From Octopus vulgaris (taxonomy: Eukaryota), in NCBI GenBank assembly GCA_951406725.2, contig OX597818.1, positions 93,620,001-93,684,000 on the forward strand: 64,000 nt of DNA. Reading direction: 5' to 3'. A program made the translations under genes and the position numbers. Under the pieces are notes generated by a model. It saw only the letters and a program-made list of their open reading frames with translations. It ran no database searches and was not told where the DNA came from. The number at the start of each line of letters is the position of its first letter. Within the stretch, counting starts at the first letter, position 1. This document shows positions 41,220-55,271 of the stretch, in pieces.

Positions 41220-41615
41220 AGGCGCAGGAGTGGCTGTGTGGTAAGTAGCTTGCTAACCAACCACATGCTTCCGGGTTCAGTCTCACTGCGTGGCATTTTG
41301 GGCAAATGTCTTCTACTATAGCTTCGGGCCGACCAATGCCTTGTGAGTGGATTTGGTAGATGGAAACTGAAAGAAGCCCGTCGTATATATGTATATATAT
41401 ATATGTGTGTGTGTGTTTGTGTGTCTGTGTTTGTACCCCTAGCATTGCTTGACAACCGATGCTGGTGTGTTTACGTCCCCGTCACTTAGCGGTTCGGCAA
41501 AAGAGACCGATAGAATAAGTACTGGGCTTACAAAAGAATAAGTCCCGGGGTCGATTTGCTCGACTAAAGGTGGTGCTCCAGCATGGCCACAGTCAAATGA
41601 CTGAAACAAGTAAAA
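41220..41615 (+). mobile_element. SINE family A copy
   Basis: Matches 551-1010. Confidence 0.8.
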
Positions 41616-42436
41616 GAAAAAAAAAAAGAAAAAAAAAATATCATACAGTATATTTTTATGGTTATGATGACCTATATGTGTTTCCACTGCACATAGTATG
41701 GGCAGGTGCATATGTAACCAGATATAATTTTCTGTACAGCTTTGTACAGGGTCTTTTAACCAGCTTGGCTTGAAGTGAACTGAATTCCAGCATGAGTGAA
41801 AACTCCTAGTTGTCATAGATGTTAAATACTAACCAATGTGGTTAACCATAACCTGGAACATAACTGAGAGCTACCATAGTATCTGGTTGTATAATATATC
41901 CTTCTAAACTCACATTAATATATATATGTATATGGACAGATGTATGTTTGCTGTGAGATATTGAACTTTTGTAAAACATTTATGTATACTAGTTATGACA
42001 TTTCTGTAGTGATGCCTGCAAGGCAGTAATATCTAGCAATAGAAATCATGTAATATAACTCCAGCTGCAGGCTGAGGTGCTTCGATTCATTTCACTTCAA
42101 TATGAATGAACAGCTTGCAGATGGAGGGTTTGGACAGAGTTACTCTCCTTGTATGTTAGTAATGACACATTTTCAACAAATTTTGTGTGTGTCTGTGTCT
42201 TTGTGTGCGCGCGTGCATGCACATGTGTGTGTGTGCAAATACTAATGTGTGAATAAGAGGGGAAGAGAGCACTTGATGCTGAAGATAGAGTTCTATTTTT
42301 TTATTGTAAGCTGAATGTCCACAAATCCTTTTCATTCGCATTCTTTTGACTGTTATGAAATGTAGGACGTAAACATGGCTTATACTCAGTCACATTCTAC
42401 TATACATGCATAGAAACTTTTGTTCAAAACCTCATT

Positions 42437-42676
42437 GTAAATTATGTGCAAGTGAGAAGTTTATTATTTTATTTCAGGACTTGCACAACAAAAGGTCTGA
42501 GATGTTGGATACTTGCAGACATACTTCAGAATTTATACTTTTTAGCTATATATGTTCAAATTGATTATTCCAGAATTTTCAGAATTATATGGATCCTTTT
42601 ATCTTCAATTTTAGAGGTTTACCATTTGAAAAATTTTGTTTTTTTCTCTTTTGCAGAGTTAGGTTTTTTTTTTGCA
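42437..42676 (+). mobile_element. Penelope-like 3' fragment, inverted near-identical copy of 34495-34731
   Basis: ORFs 42446(+) and 34345(-) translate almost identically. Confidence 0.8.
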
Positions 42677-44471
42677 TAACTGCAATCACAATTTTTTTTA
42701 TATATATTCACTTTGTGTGTGTGTGTGTACATGTATGCATGTGCACATGTATGTTTTTTTACATTTATCATGTATGTATATCATTTCTTTTCTTCTCAGG
42801 CAGATCCTCATTATCTTACCCTTATTTTTAAAAAAAATGATTATATTGTTAATGAATAAGATCCTTGAATTCAGTTTTGTTCAATCAAAGCTTGATATGA
42901 TATTCAAATATCTCCACTGTATGTCTATTATATATCGTCTTAATATTCCATTTTTCATAATGATGTGAAGATATGAGAATGAAAAGTTCAGAGCAATGCT
43001 GTATAAAGTTTTAGCTTCCAAGAAAATGTGTGAGTGTGTGTGTGATGTACTGAAATTTTGGATTTGGTAAAATCTTGACATACTCCTTGGGCAGCACTCA
43101 GATGCTGTCCTAGAACCGTGACTGCCTCTTTTCAGCTCAGAATGAGGGACTCCAACCATTTAAAATGATCATATATATATATTTATATATATATCTTGTA
43201 TATTAAAAGGCAAGTTGTTTGTCTGTGTGTTGTGTGAATGACTTCTACTCCTACAATTTTCAACCAAATTTCACTAAATTTGACATGTGTGCTCTCTTTG
43301 ACTTAGGACACTTTTTCTTATAATTTTTACCTTGAAATTCCATGCCCCCAACATAGACTACTCTCAATTTGTCTAGGATTTGAACCCACCATGTCTATGC
43401 AATGGTATGCATTTGACCTTATATCTTATATATTAAAAGGCAAATTTGTCTGTCTGCTTCTGTATGTATTTTGACTGACAAACAAATTTGACACTTTCTT
43501 TCTAGGCATAGTTATATATGTATACAGAAATACATGGGTGCAGAAGATAGTAAACAATGAAAATAACTGGGTAGCAGAAATTATATTTCTTAATATGATG
43601 GGCAGAAGGTAAATTAGAAATTTTTACAGAAAATAAAGAATTGTATGGGTTGAAGTGAAATTTGTCAGTTAGAGAACCAAAGAGCCAATATCAAAGGAAC
43701 CAGAAAAAAGCCATTAATAACAGAAAAACACAAAATCATTGCAAAAGTAAATGAGAAATTTTTAGAGATATTAACTATGTGTATGGATTGAAGTGAAATT
43801 TAGGAAGTAACTTCTGTCAGTAAATTATGTATGAAATTACTTTCATCTGTAATTGTGAACTTCTTTCTCTCAGTAATTTGTCAGTGTTGTTTGTAAATAG
43901 CATTGAAAACTTAGTCAAAACAATAGTGTCTGAAAAATAAAAGTGAAAACAATAGCGTCTGACAAATGAAAGTAAAAACAATGGAGTGAGTAAGATAGAG
44001 AGAGAGGGGGAAAGAGAGAGAGCTAGCTAGTTAGACAAATAAGATATAGACAGATAGATATAGACAGAAATAGCAATGTATAGAGAGATATAGAAAGGTA
44101 TAGAGATAGATAGAGAGTTATAGATGTCACTGATACTAGAAAACCAGAAGTAAATATTTTTTTTTAAACTTTCAAAGACTTGAATCTAATATAAAAAGGA
44201 TTATTAATTTTTTTTTGTGACCAATAGATTTAAGGGAGACAATCAATTTCTGGAAGTTACTTTGCAAAGACTTACTTCCCTTGTCCATATAACCCAGGAA
44301 CGTGGAGGGGGGGACGTTATTTATTATGTGGAAATTTTTAAGAGTCTAAGGCCATCCCAGTTTGGAGAAAATAATTTGAAAAATATGGCTGTTATAATCT
44401 TTTGCACACACAAACACACACACACAGACAGAACGAGATTTATATTATAGATATATATATGTAACGTCTAC

Positions 44472-44550
<79 letters not shown>

Positions 44551-44684
44551 ATGCAAAAGTAGGTATACAGTAAATACCACATCAATGTTATAATGCTGAA
44601 TTCTTTGAAATTATTAGCACATTAAATTAGTTAGCCTCGTTTTCGATATTTTCAGTGTCATTAATCATAATAATATATTTATCA

Positions 44685-45084
44685 CTAGCAGTATCGCCCG
44701 GCGTTGCTCGGGTTTGTAAGGGAAATGACTATATAAGCATTTTTAGAGATGTAAAGAATAATAGCCATCTCAATATGGCTAACCACAAAGGGGGTGGGGT
44801 GTTACTGTAGCTTTTTACGTTCTGAGATTTAATAATAAATTTTTAGAGAGTTACTTCCCTTATATATGCCAAAAATGCATTAAAAATGGGAAAAATTGCT
44901 GGTAAATTTTTTTTTTAAATCGTAGACTCATCATAGACGCGCTCTAATACCCAGAGGGGCTCGATATGAATCACGACTATAAGATACCTGGTTTTGGTTA
45001 AACTGCACCGCAAAATGTGGGAGTAGTTAGGAATCTAAATCGTAGGAGACTGACAGCACACAACCTCACTTTTATATATAAAGA
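44685..45084 (-). mobile_element. Non-autonomous Helitron nested in a Tc1-type MITE (~44545-45193)
   Basis: 5' TC and 3' hairpin CCCG-AGCAACGC-CGGG followed by CTAG, inserted between A and T. Host TIRs TGCAAAAGTAGGTATACAGT / ACTGTATACCTACTTTTGCA. Confidence 0.85.
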
Positions 45085-45201
45085 TAACTATAATAATACT
45101 TTTATGGTAACCTTTTATTTTTTGATAAAAATAAACGTGTATGGTACATGTTTTCTTTTCTTATAACTGTATACCTACTTTTGCACCACCCTGTGCATAT
45201 G

Positions 45202-45254
<53 letters not shown>

Positions 45255-45258
<4 letters not shown>

Positions 45259-45535
45259 ATGAAATTATTGTATACAGTGACCACAACTTTTCAAAAGTGC
45301 ATATAAAGTATATGCAGTAATGTACAAATGTCTGGGAAGCGAACAGTATATGAGTAAGATACATGCTTGCGTGTGTATGGAGGGGAGAAAATAAGGTGTA
45401 GTGTTGGCGGATCTCAGGAAGCATGGAAGTTTTGAAAGATGCAGTGCTCCGACAACTAACAACTGATGCCGGCAGTTTGTTCCATGCTTCACCAACTCTT
45501 AGTGTGAAAAAATGTTTCCGAAAGTCATGGGACTT
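45255..45535 (-). mobile_element. CR1 LINE 3' end
   Basis: Reverse complement of ~29980-30270. Confidence 0.85.
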
Positions 45536-46131
45536 TCAAGTATATATATATATATATATATATATATACTTGAAAGAGGGACTGAGAGAGAATGCTAATT
45601 TCAGTAGCATATAAATAAATTAATAATAGATAAAGCTTGATCTCAGCAGGGAAGGATTTGAAATTAAAAAGTGTGATGTACAGAAGATGATAAAGTAATG
45701 TACTTAGTCTAATACCAGACTCTCATGGTCTTGATGTCTTGATTATGTTTAGAAAAAAAGTTATTTTAATACTATATCTATATATGATGTAATAAAAGTT
45801 ATTTTGATATCACATTTTTCTAATAAATATTTTGATACTGAGCCTCTGTACCTTTTATTTTTTCATCCTTTTTTCTTTCTGTTTCATTTATTGGACTGTG
45901 GAAACGTTCAGGTATTGCCTTTAAAAGATTAGTGGGACAAAACAACCCCAGTACTATTTTTTTTTTTTAAGTCTGGTACTTATTCTATCTGTCCCTTATG
46001 CTGAGCTGCTAACTTATGGGGATGTAAACAAACTGACAAGCAGTGGAAGTGGGGGGAAATAACAAACACAAAGGCATATACACCTACCTATTTGCATATG
46101 TACATACATGCATGCATACATACATACATAC

Positions 46132-46162
<31 letters not shown>

Positions 46163-46488
46163 CATACATCTCTCTCTCTTTCTATATATATATAAATTAA
46201 TATAAACAGCCAGGTGCAATGTGCATTTTACATATATATATATATACACACACACATACACATGAGGTGAATTCAAAAAGGATCTGATTTTATTATTTCA
46301 CTACCAAAGCTAATGCTGCATGGGCAAAATCTCTTGGGTGGGGTGGGGGTGGCACCAGCCCTTGTTTGCATGTATGAACATTTTCACACTGCTATGGTGT
46401 GTCAGTTCCTGGCATTAGTTTTGGCAGGAAAAAGTAAAACTGGATACTTTTTGAATGCACCTTGTGTGTGTATGTACATACATACATG

Positions 46489-46521
<33 letters not shown>

Positions 46522-46526
<5 letters not shown>

Positions 46527-46712
46527 ATCCAAACATGAAAACACAAAGAGAAAACAACGCGAGGACATGGAACAAGTATAGTGTTACTGGATGCTCAGGA
46601 AAGGAAAGAAAGAAGGAGGATTTAATGTTTCGAGCAGAGCTCTTCGTCAGAAACATAAGAAAAGGAAAGATGGAGGAAAAAAATTGCCAATGGTACACAC
46701 GCGGTCACACAC
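46522..46712 (-). mobile_element. Non-autonomous Penelope-like remnant with a minimal hammerhead motif
   Basis: TTT-CTGACGA-A-GAGC-TCT-GCTC-GAAACATT-AAA. The 3' end abuts (TA)n. Same family as 10979-11170. Confidence 0.6.
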
Positions 46713-47739
46713 ACATCTCACTGTATCAACCAGACTATCAGATGTTGCTATAATCTGCTGATTACAATATGCTTCTTCTGTTTCAGTCTACCAAATTCAC
46801 TCACAAGGCATTGGTCAGGTCAGAGATATAATAGAAGGCACTTGCCCAAAGTGCTGTACTGTGGTATTGAGCCTGAAACCATGTGGTTTCAACGCAAGCT
46901 TCTTAACTACACAGCCATGCCTGTGCCTATCACCAGTGTATTAGATAATTCTGTTTTTTCTTTAACAACTATCTTCTTGCTTTAGCATTGTGGTGATAAT
47001 GGGAGGACAGCAGCAATATCTGTCATCTGTAACTCACATGGTACAGACAATGCTGGCCAAGTAAAGATGCTCTGAATTAATGTTTTTAGCTGTGCTTTCT
47101 CAGCTTTTTATTAAGATGTGACTGCCCTTAAAATAAAGTATTTCAAATATTGTTGGATTCCATTATAAAACATGAAATACTCTGCACAGAAACTGTATCA
47201 TTGATTGGTAGTGTGTTGATCTTTTAGAAGATAAGGAGAGAGTTTGATTACTACACTCTGCATATCAAGTGACTATAGAGAACTTTATTTACTTGTTTAT
47301 TATGATCATGATCATTATCATTATGATCATCATGATCATCATTACCATTATTAATCTATTACTCTTACACTTTTCCATGCTTGCATGAGTCAGACAGAAG
47401 ACATAGAGGCACAATTTTCTACAGTTTGATGTCCTTCCTGTTGCTACCCCTCGCTTGTCTTCAAGCAAGGTAATATTTCCCCATGGATGGACATGTTTTC
47501 ATGGAAGAGTGGTAATGAAGGATAGCACTTGCATGATGGTGATGTTTGCTTTTGACTATCGTGTGATGTCTAGATAAGGAGACACAAACACTTATTTACA
47601 CATACACCAATGCTCACACACACACAACAGGCTTTGTTCAGTTTTCATCTGCCAAATCTATCTATATGTATGTATGTATGTATGTATGCCTGTATGTATG
47701 TATGTATGCATGTATGCATGCATATATTGTATATACGTA

Positions 47740-47885
47740 TGAAAATTTAATGTATCTTGATTGATCTTTAGGTTTGTAGAAAAGTTTATAGGTATCTATA
47801 TCCAGATCTACAGCAGCATCTAAGAAGTTAGCCTTGGTAAAATTAATGTCCACAGTTGTCTTCAGGTCTTAGCTATAACAGAAAG
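47740..47885 (-). mobile_element. Penelope-type RT fragment
   Basis: NFLDAAVDL..DTYKLFYKP....YI resembles the PLE RT motif NFLD.TL.L....Y.PY.KP. Confidence 0.6.
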
Positions 47886-48286
47886 TTTCTAAAGCATAAT
47901 CATCTCAATAAGGCAATAAGGTGATGGTTTAACAATGTGACACATGCACACACACACACACACACACACATGCATGCGCATACACAATGTGTGTGTGTGT
48001 GTATATATACATATATGTAATGTGTGTGTATGTGTATATGTATATATATATGGGGAGAGAGGGGGATGAAGAGGAAGGGGAGAGACAGATGAGAGGAGAG
48101 AGAGAGAGCAAGTGAGTGAAAGGGATAGAAATATATACATAGGCAGATAGCTAGCTAGATAATGAAGCAGACACAGATCTAGAAAAAAATGGGGTGAGAA
48201 AGAAACACAGAAAGACAGAGTAAAGTAATAATAGCTAGAGAAACAAATAGAGATGGAAAGAGAGAAAGATGCAATGAAAGTGAGAG

Positions 48287-48323
<37 letters not shown>

Positions 48324-49149
48324 AAGCTAAGGAGTAAAAAGCAAGATTAAGGGAGAAACTAATGAAAATAAATGTAACCATACCAAGGGTAGACTGTAAT
48401 TTCCATATCTGTTTTTCATCGCCAGATTTAAGCCATAACCATTTCAAATATTCAGCAAAAATGCTATGTCAGAATATTAAAGGCAAATAGATATGGTGTG
48501 CTTATTTATTAACAAAGAAATGGTTTCAAATTTTGGCACAAGCCCAGCAAGTTCGGGAGGGGGCGGTAAGTCATTTACATTGACCCCAGTACCCAGCTGG
48601 TACTTATTTTATCAATCCCAAAGAGATGACAAAGTTGACTTCAGTGGAATTTGAACTCAATGTAAAGACTGATAAACATTTTGCCCAGCATGCAGCCATC
48701 ATTTATTAACAAAGAAGAAAAAAATAATAGAAATATTACATTTCTAAATCTCCCAGAGAGATTTATACAGTAGCAGCACGATAAAGTGATCATATGTTGC
48801 CAACATAATGTGGCAGTCCCATCAAAGGGAAGAATGCTACTGCTATTTAACCCTAGGAAACACCCTTTACTAGTTGGCTATGAAACATTTTCTGTGTCCT
48901 TATGTTTTCAAAGGGGATATAAGCACCTCCACCATATTATTATATGTTCACCATATCTCTCTCACCTTTGCCTTGTTATTTTGACATAGCATAAGGAAGC
49001 AAATAAGTTTTCCAAATAAACTTCATTCTAAAACTAAATAATTGTTTTTTAGACCATTTTCACCTTATTTTCCTCCTAAAATAGTTATTCAGATGTAGCA
49101 TAATAAAAAGAGTAAATATGCTGTTTCTCAAATAAATTCTGACATAACA

Positions 49150-50895
49150 TAATTGAAAAAATGAAAAGTTATGCAGAAGCTACTGGAGGTCGAGTTCCCC
49201 TAGACCCAAGTGTGCTGAAACAGGAGATGGTAAAGTGGAATAGAGAGCTGACAGAGAAATATAGTAGTAAGGTGGGGAAGGAAGGGTCAAATATAAAACT
49301 GACCCTGCCAGAGGACGAAAAAGTGAAAATAGAAAAGAAAACAGTAATATTCAGAACATTTTCAAATAAAAACAGAAGAATTGAAAAAGCACCACAGGAA
49401 GAAATAGAAGAAATTTTGGAAAGACAGACAGGAGACAGCATAGTGTTCTTTATGAGAGGAAAGAGATATGCATCTATAGTGGTAACGTTTGTATCACATG
49501 AGGAGGTGGAAAAATACAAGGAAAGAAATGGACATTGATGCCAAACTGTTTGGATGAATGAATTGTCAGAATTAGAGTGGGAAGAATCCCATGGTCGATA
49601 GATCCAGAGTGGATAATAGAGGCGATTTTATATTCGGAGATAAGGAAAAAAAGTGAAGAGGTGAAGATGGGCATGATAAGCCGAACCCAACAAGTAAAGT
49701 AATGGGGCTATGGAATAGAGATGATTTGTGCAGTGAGCCAGAAATATTACAACAAAATACCTGAAACTTTGGAGCTACCAAATGAAGAAAAGCTGGAGAT
49801 AATGTTGGAGGGGAGACCCCAAAAATATTACAAATGTGGTGAAAGAGGGCACTTGAGAAAGAAATGCCCTAGAGCAGAAATTGTAGAGGAGAGTATGCAG
49901 GAGAATATAATGGTGAAGAAACAGCAGAAACAGATAACAGAACAAGACGGGAATTTTGCAGAGGTGAAAGCAAGAAAAAGAGAGAGGAGTAAGTCACCAG
50001 CAATAGTGGAACTGAAGAAGTACAAAGCAATGGAAAAAGTAACCCAACCTACGATGAGAAATGGGGAAGATTCACCTATAGGATCACCAGTAAAGAATTT
50101 ACAAGTACAGAAACATTCAGACCCACAGACACTCAAACACACGGACATACAAACGCACAGAAATACAGACAAACAAATACAAGATAACTCAGAATCACAG
50201 TAACCTAAAAGCATAGACACACAGATGAAACACAGAATTACAGTCAAACAAACACACAGACACACAAATACACAAACACTCAGATACACTCACCAGAAAG
50301 CCAAGTAATACAGAGACAAAAAACATAAATATGCAAGACACAAACAGAAGTAAGGTTTATAGTGAAATATAGGCCACCCAAAAGTTAAAAGAATTTCAAA
50401 ACTGAAAGACATCATGAAAGAATGAATCCACTTGGACCAAAGGTGGATGTTGAACCTCGTGTCCCGGTGGTGAATTATGTGTACAAAAAGGATGAAGATG
50501 AAGTGGTAAGTCGTGATTTATTTTAAAGACTGTGAAAGACTGAGAAAAACATTTGGTTAAACTTTTTGTTTAAAAAAAAAAGAAAACGAAAATAAGTAAA
50601 TCCTGTAACTATTGAATGAACTTTTGTTTAAAAAGTTTTCTTTAAAATTGTAAGATGAAAAGGAAAAGGGAAGTTGCGGTTTTGCCTTGGAACGAGGCTG
50701 GAAAGTGTTATTTAAAATGTAAAGTTTTAAAGGAAGAAGGAAATCTTGGTTTCATCTCAGAGAAGAAGCAAGATGGACATCTCATTTTCATTGTAATTTA
50801 ATTCACATTACATTCATCCTTTCATATGTTTTTTGTTCCTGCATATCTGTGTATGTCCCCTATGTGTTTAGGCCTTGTGTCTGTAATAAAGAATT
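49150..50895 (+). mobile_element. Decayed LINE ORF1/gag-like element (L1/Tx1-like) with a zinc knuckle
   Basis: KSYAEA start and YYKCGERGHLRKKC (degenerate CCHC), broken by stops. No RT seen. 3' end ...GCCTTGTGTCTGTAATAAAGAA. Confidence 0.65.
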
Positions 50896-52406
50896 CAGCT
50901 ATCAAGCCATGCTACTCCAGACTGACAATGAGCAATGACTCTGAAACTAGTCTCTGAATGCTGGCTTTGTTGGGTAGGGGTGCTTATCTTCCCTTTGAAA
51001 ACATAAGGACACAGAAAATGTGTCATAGCCAACTAGAAATGGTGTTTCCTAGGGCTAAATAGCAGTAGCATTCTTCCCTTTCATGGGACTGCCACAAAAA
51101 AATAATAATGTTTTTGTTAATCACTAAGGGCTCACAAAAAACATTGGGGACAAAAATAATTAATTAATAATGGTTTCAAATTTTAGCACAAGGCCAGCAA
51201 TTTCAATAGTTAATTCAACTGTTACTTATTTTATCAATCCCAAAAGGATGACAGACAAGAAAAAGTCAACCTCGGTGACATTTCAACTCAGAATGTAAAG
51301 ATGGATGAAATGCCATTAAGACACTAAAGCCAATGTAATCAACTTGCCCCTCCCCCAAAATTACTGGCCTTGTGCCCAAATTTGAAACCCTTATTATCAT
51401 TATGAAAACAAGGATGTGGTAGAATTGTTAGCATGCTGGATAAAATGCTTAGCAGCATTTATTCCAGTTTTACATTCTGAGTTCAAATACTCTGCTGTCA
51501 GCTTTATCTTTCATCCTTTTGGAGTCAATAAAATAAGTAACAGTTGAGCAGTGAGTTTGGTGTAATCAACTTGCCTTTTCCCCAACAATTTTGGACCTGT
51601 ACCAATTGCAGAAAGAATTATTATCATTATTAAATAAATGAATATGTTCACCATATCTCTCTCACCTTTGCCTTGTTATTTTGAGATAGCATAGGGAAGC
51701 AAATAAGTTTTCCAAATAAACTTCATTCTAAAACTAAATAATTCTTTTTAAGACCATTTTCTCCTTATTTTCCTCCTAAAATAGTTATTCAGATGTAACA
51801 TAAAAAAAAGAGTAAATATGCTGATTCTCAAATAAACTCTGATTTAAATAACTGTTTTTCTCCTAAAATAGTTATTCTGACATCACATAATACTAAAAAA
51901 TAATAATATTACAATGTGTCTTTCAAATAAACTCTCTTTTAAAACTGTAAATTAATACTTTTGAAGGCTAATTTTCATATTTTCCCCTAAAATATTTCAA
52001 ATTTTGAGTATTAGATTAGTAGGTGTACACTTCGATTAGAACCTGGGACTTGTTTTCCAACCAAGAAACTCTTTAAAAACCACAAAAATTTGAGCAGATT
52101 GTGTAACTACACAAGCTAAAAATCTAGCCAATAAAATTAAATGTAAACAACTCTCAAACTTTCAAGTGATGGCATCACCTCAGATCTGTCTAGTCAAATT
52201 TGTTCTGGAATGTATAGAGGCCAGATCCAAAGAGACAGAGGAGACAGAAGATAGGTGCAATCAGGCGTTATGTTAGGTAAGGTTCAACACCAGTTATTGT
52301 TCTACAACTAAACTTGTCAACATAAAATGTCAGCAACACAAACAATTTAGCATCTATTAGCATAATAGCTATACAATTATAGCTGACACTTTCATTCATT
52401 CATGAC

Positions 52407-52563
<157 letters not shown>

Positions 52564-53932
52564 CACCTCTACACAGATCTATAGAGCTTGTCAAACAAAC
52601 CGTTGCACAAACATTTCTGATGTTACTCTAGTTTTTCATTGGACCATTACATTCAACACAAACTTTTAACAATAAACATGATTACTCTTCTCATTTGTAC
52701 AATTTTCTATTCATCTCAATGTTGATGAGGTAATACATTAATTTCTTATTATTACACCTGGGGCCACCACATAACTTTTCGAAAGAGCTTTCAAGCATTA
52801 GGTATTTTGATTTTTAGATAATTTGAATTCAGCTTTGTCACTTTTTGTCGTCTGTTCAACCATATGACATTCTCTTATTGGATTACCCTAGGCTGACAGT
52901 TCAAATCCACTGGTGACATCTTGTCAAATTTGTGGAAAAAATACTGTACTATAGATCACCCTAGTTCACTAAGCTATAAATAAGTAGCAGATCAGTTTGT
53001 GAGTGTTTTTATGATAGATAATATTTTATCTAGGGTAGATTATTTTTTACCTATTGTACATTGAACAAAGCTTTGTGAGTGGATTTGGTAGACAGGAACT
53101 GATGGATGCTTGTCATATATACATATTGTGTATGTGTGTTACTGTCTTCTTGCCTTGACATTGCATGATTGCTGGAAATGAATATCACTCATGGAAATGG
53201 TGTCCTTCATTCCAAATCTATCAGGAAAGCATGTTTGATCATGGTGAGATATTACCTTACTTGAGTGCAGATGAAGACTGGTAGCAAGATGGGCATCCAG
53301 CCAAAGAAAAATCTGCCTCAACAAAATCCACCTGATCCATGCAAACATGGAAAAGTGGATGTTAAAACAATGATGATAATGTCCACTATGAAGAACCAAC
53401 CCATAAGAAGTGTTCAGTCAAGGTTTAGGAGATAGTTATCTCACATTCTTGCTGATGACAGCAGTTGGCTGGACTTCCAAATAGTACCTGTTTGCAGCTG
53501 GGTGAAGTAGGGAATCTAAAATTACAGTATTTGAAACATAACCATAGTCAACTGTTAGAGATGGGATGTAAGCCAGTAGCCCTTTTTGTTAATCATCCAA
53601 CATCTAACTGATTATAGTAAAGGGAAAAAACATAAATTGAAAGAAATTGATAACAATAACAAGTAGCAGGAGAAACTTTTATTTTTAAATGTTTGTAAGA
53701 ATTTACAATTAGCATAATAATTCAAATAATACTGATGGAGATGAGAGAAAGTTGTTAAAGAGTGGGAAATAATGTTTTAGTTAGAAAGCAAATTAGAAAA
53801 AAAGCTTGGTCTCTAGAGTACAGGAAAAGTGAGTCTGAGAAATTCATACCTTCCTGAAGAGTGACTGTGCAACATCAAGTTTTTTGATTTTTCAAATGGA
53901 AATCAAAACTCAACTCAATAACAGTATAGGAA

Positions 53933-53971
<39 letters not shown>

Positions 53972-54148
53972 AAGAGTGGAGTTTATGGCATTACATTTCC
54001 ACGGTTTACAATTGCTTCAACAACTTGCAGGTGACCTATCAAACAGCATGTCTAGGAACATAGATGCTAATAAAAATTTAGTCATGCATATTATATAATG
54101 AATATTACACAATGGCACCAGCAGTTATTAAATGATAACTGATCAAAG

Positions 54149-54219
<71 letters not shown>

Positions 54220-54396
54220 CGAGCACAAATTAAAGGTTACAAACCTCATTTAGGGATAGCAAAATCCTATGAAATTATCTATACAAAGTATTGAACATCA
54301 TATTTAATACTCAACCACAAGGTAACTATATAAACCATGGATGAGAGAACAGAGAGGTAATAAATTATTATTTATTGATTAAAAAATTGACAAACA

Positions 54397-54483
54397 TCAC
54401 TAACAGCTGTTTCAGTTCAGACCATCAGAAAATTAATCAATTAAATTAAAAATTATGTGAAAGCTGAATCTCTTCAGAAGTTG
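54397..54483 (-). ncRNA. Degenerate hammerhead motif in a PLE-like remnant (~54220-54585)
   Basis: CTGAAGA-GATTCAG-[loop]-CTGAACT-GAAA-CAGCTG-TT. Core intact, one stem II mismatch, weak stem I. Confidence 0.55.
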
Positions 54484-54976
54484 ATAGAGATATGCAAAAT
54501 AGGTGTTCAATTTCCTTATGTTGAGTAAACGGCTTCATGATGAACTATTTTTTAAAATAATGATTCTACTATTAATGGAGCAGTATATATATGTGTGTGT
54601 GTGTGTGAATGTTCTGCTTGGGGGTCTCTATCTGAAAATTTAGCTTACATTTATTCTCACTGTGTGGCTGAGCAGTTGCTCTGACATTTCTTGAGGCATT
54701 ATGCTAAATCTCTAAGTTCAGCTTGTTGCTGGTCCCAGTAAATCTAGCTGGAAATACATCTGATGCTAGAGTAAAGTCCACAAGAAGCACACAATGCTGG
54801 TTATATATAAAAGAAGGCATTTCTGATGTTAGTGTTCTGGGGTACTGTATAAAATTGTGGATTTTAAAAGGGTAAAAGAAAGGTTGGGGGTGGGTATAAT
54901 ATGTAAAATACTGAAAATAAAAAAAATAGAAAAGGTTCTTTCCATATTGACAGGATATGGATCCATCTGTGTTGAT

Positions 54977-55072
54977 TTAGGCAGCAATAGCTAATATTAG
55001 CTTGCAGTTATCTTTACCTTCCAGCAGGTGGATGACCGGCAGCTGGCTGTTGGGTCTATTCCTCAGGTAATC
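54977..55072 (-). CDS. Gelsolin-like protein, last coding exon
   Basis: TTATTTAG acceptor, then DYLRNRPNSQLPVIHLLEGKDNCKLILAIAA*. In frame with 57939-58034; typical end of a gelsolin repeat. Confidence 0.85.
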   Translation of the reverse strand, partial: DYLRNRPNSQLPVIHLLEGKDNCKLILAIAA

Positions 55073-55271
55073 CTAAATAAAAAATAAATAAATCGAATAA
55101 AAGTAGGACTACATCAAATGTACTCCCCAAACTCCTAAGCTATAACTTGATTAAAAGAAATATTTCACCCAATATTACTAATTTTTCTTCTCAATATATT
55201 GTTAATGTTTGAATGTACATTACAATATTAAGTGTTTTATTTTGTTGCTATAATGAACTAGAGAATATATA

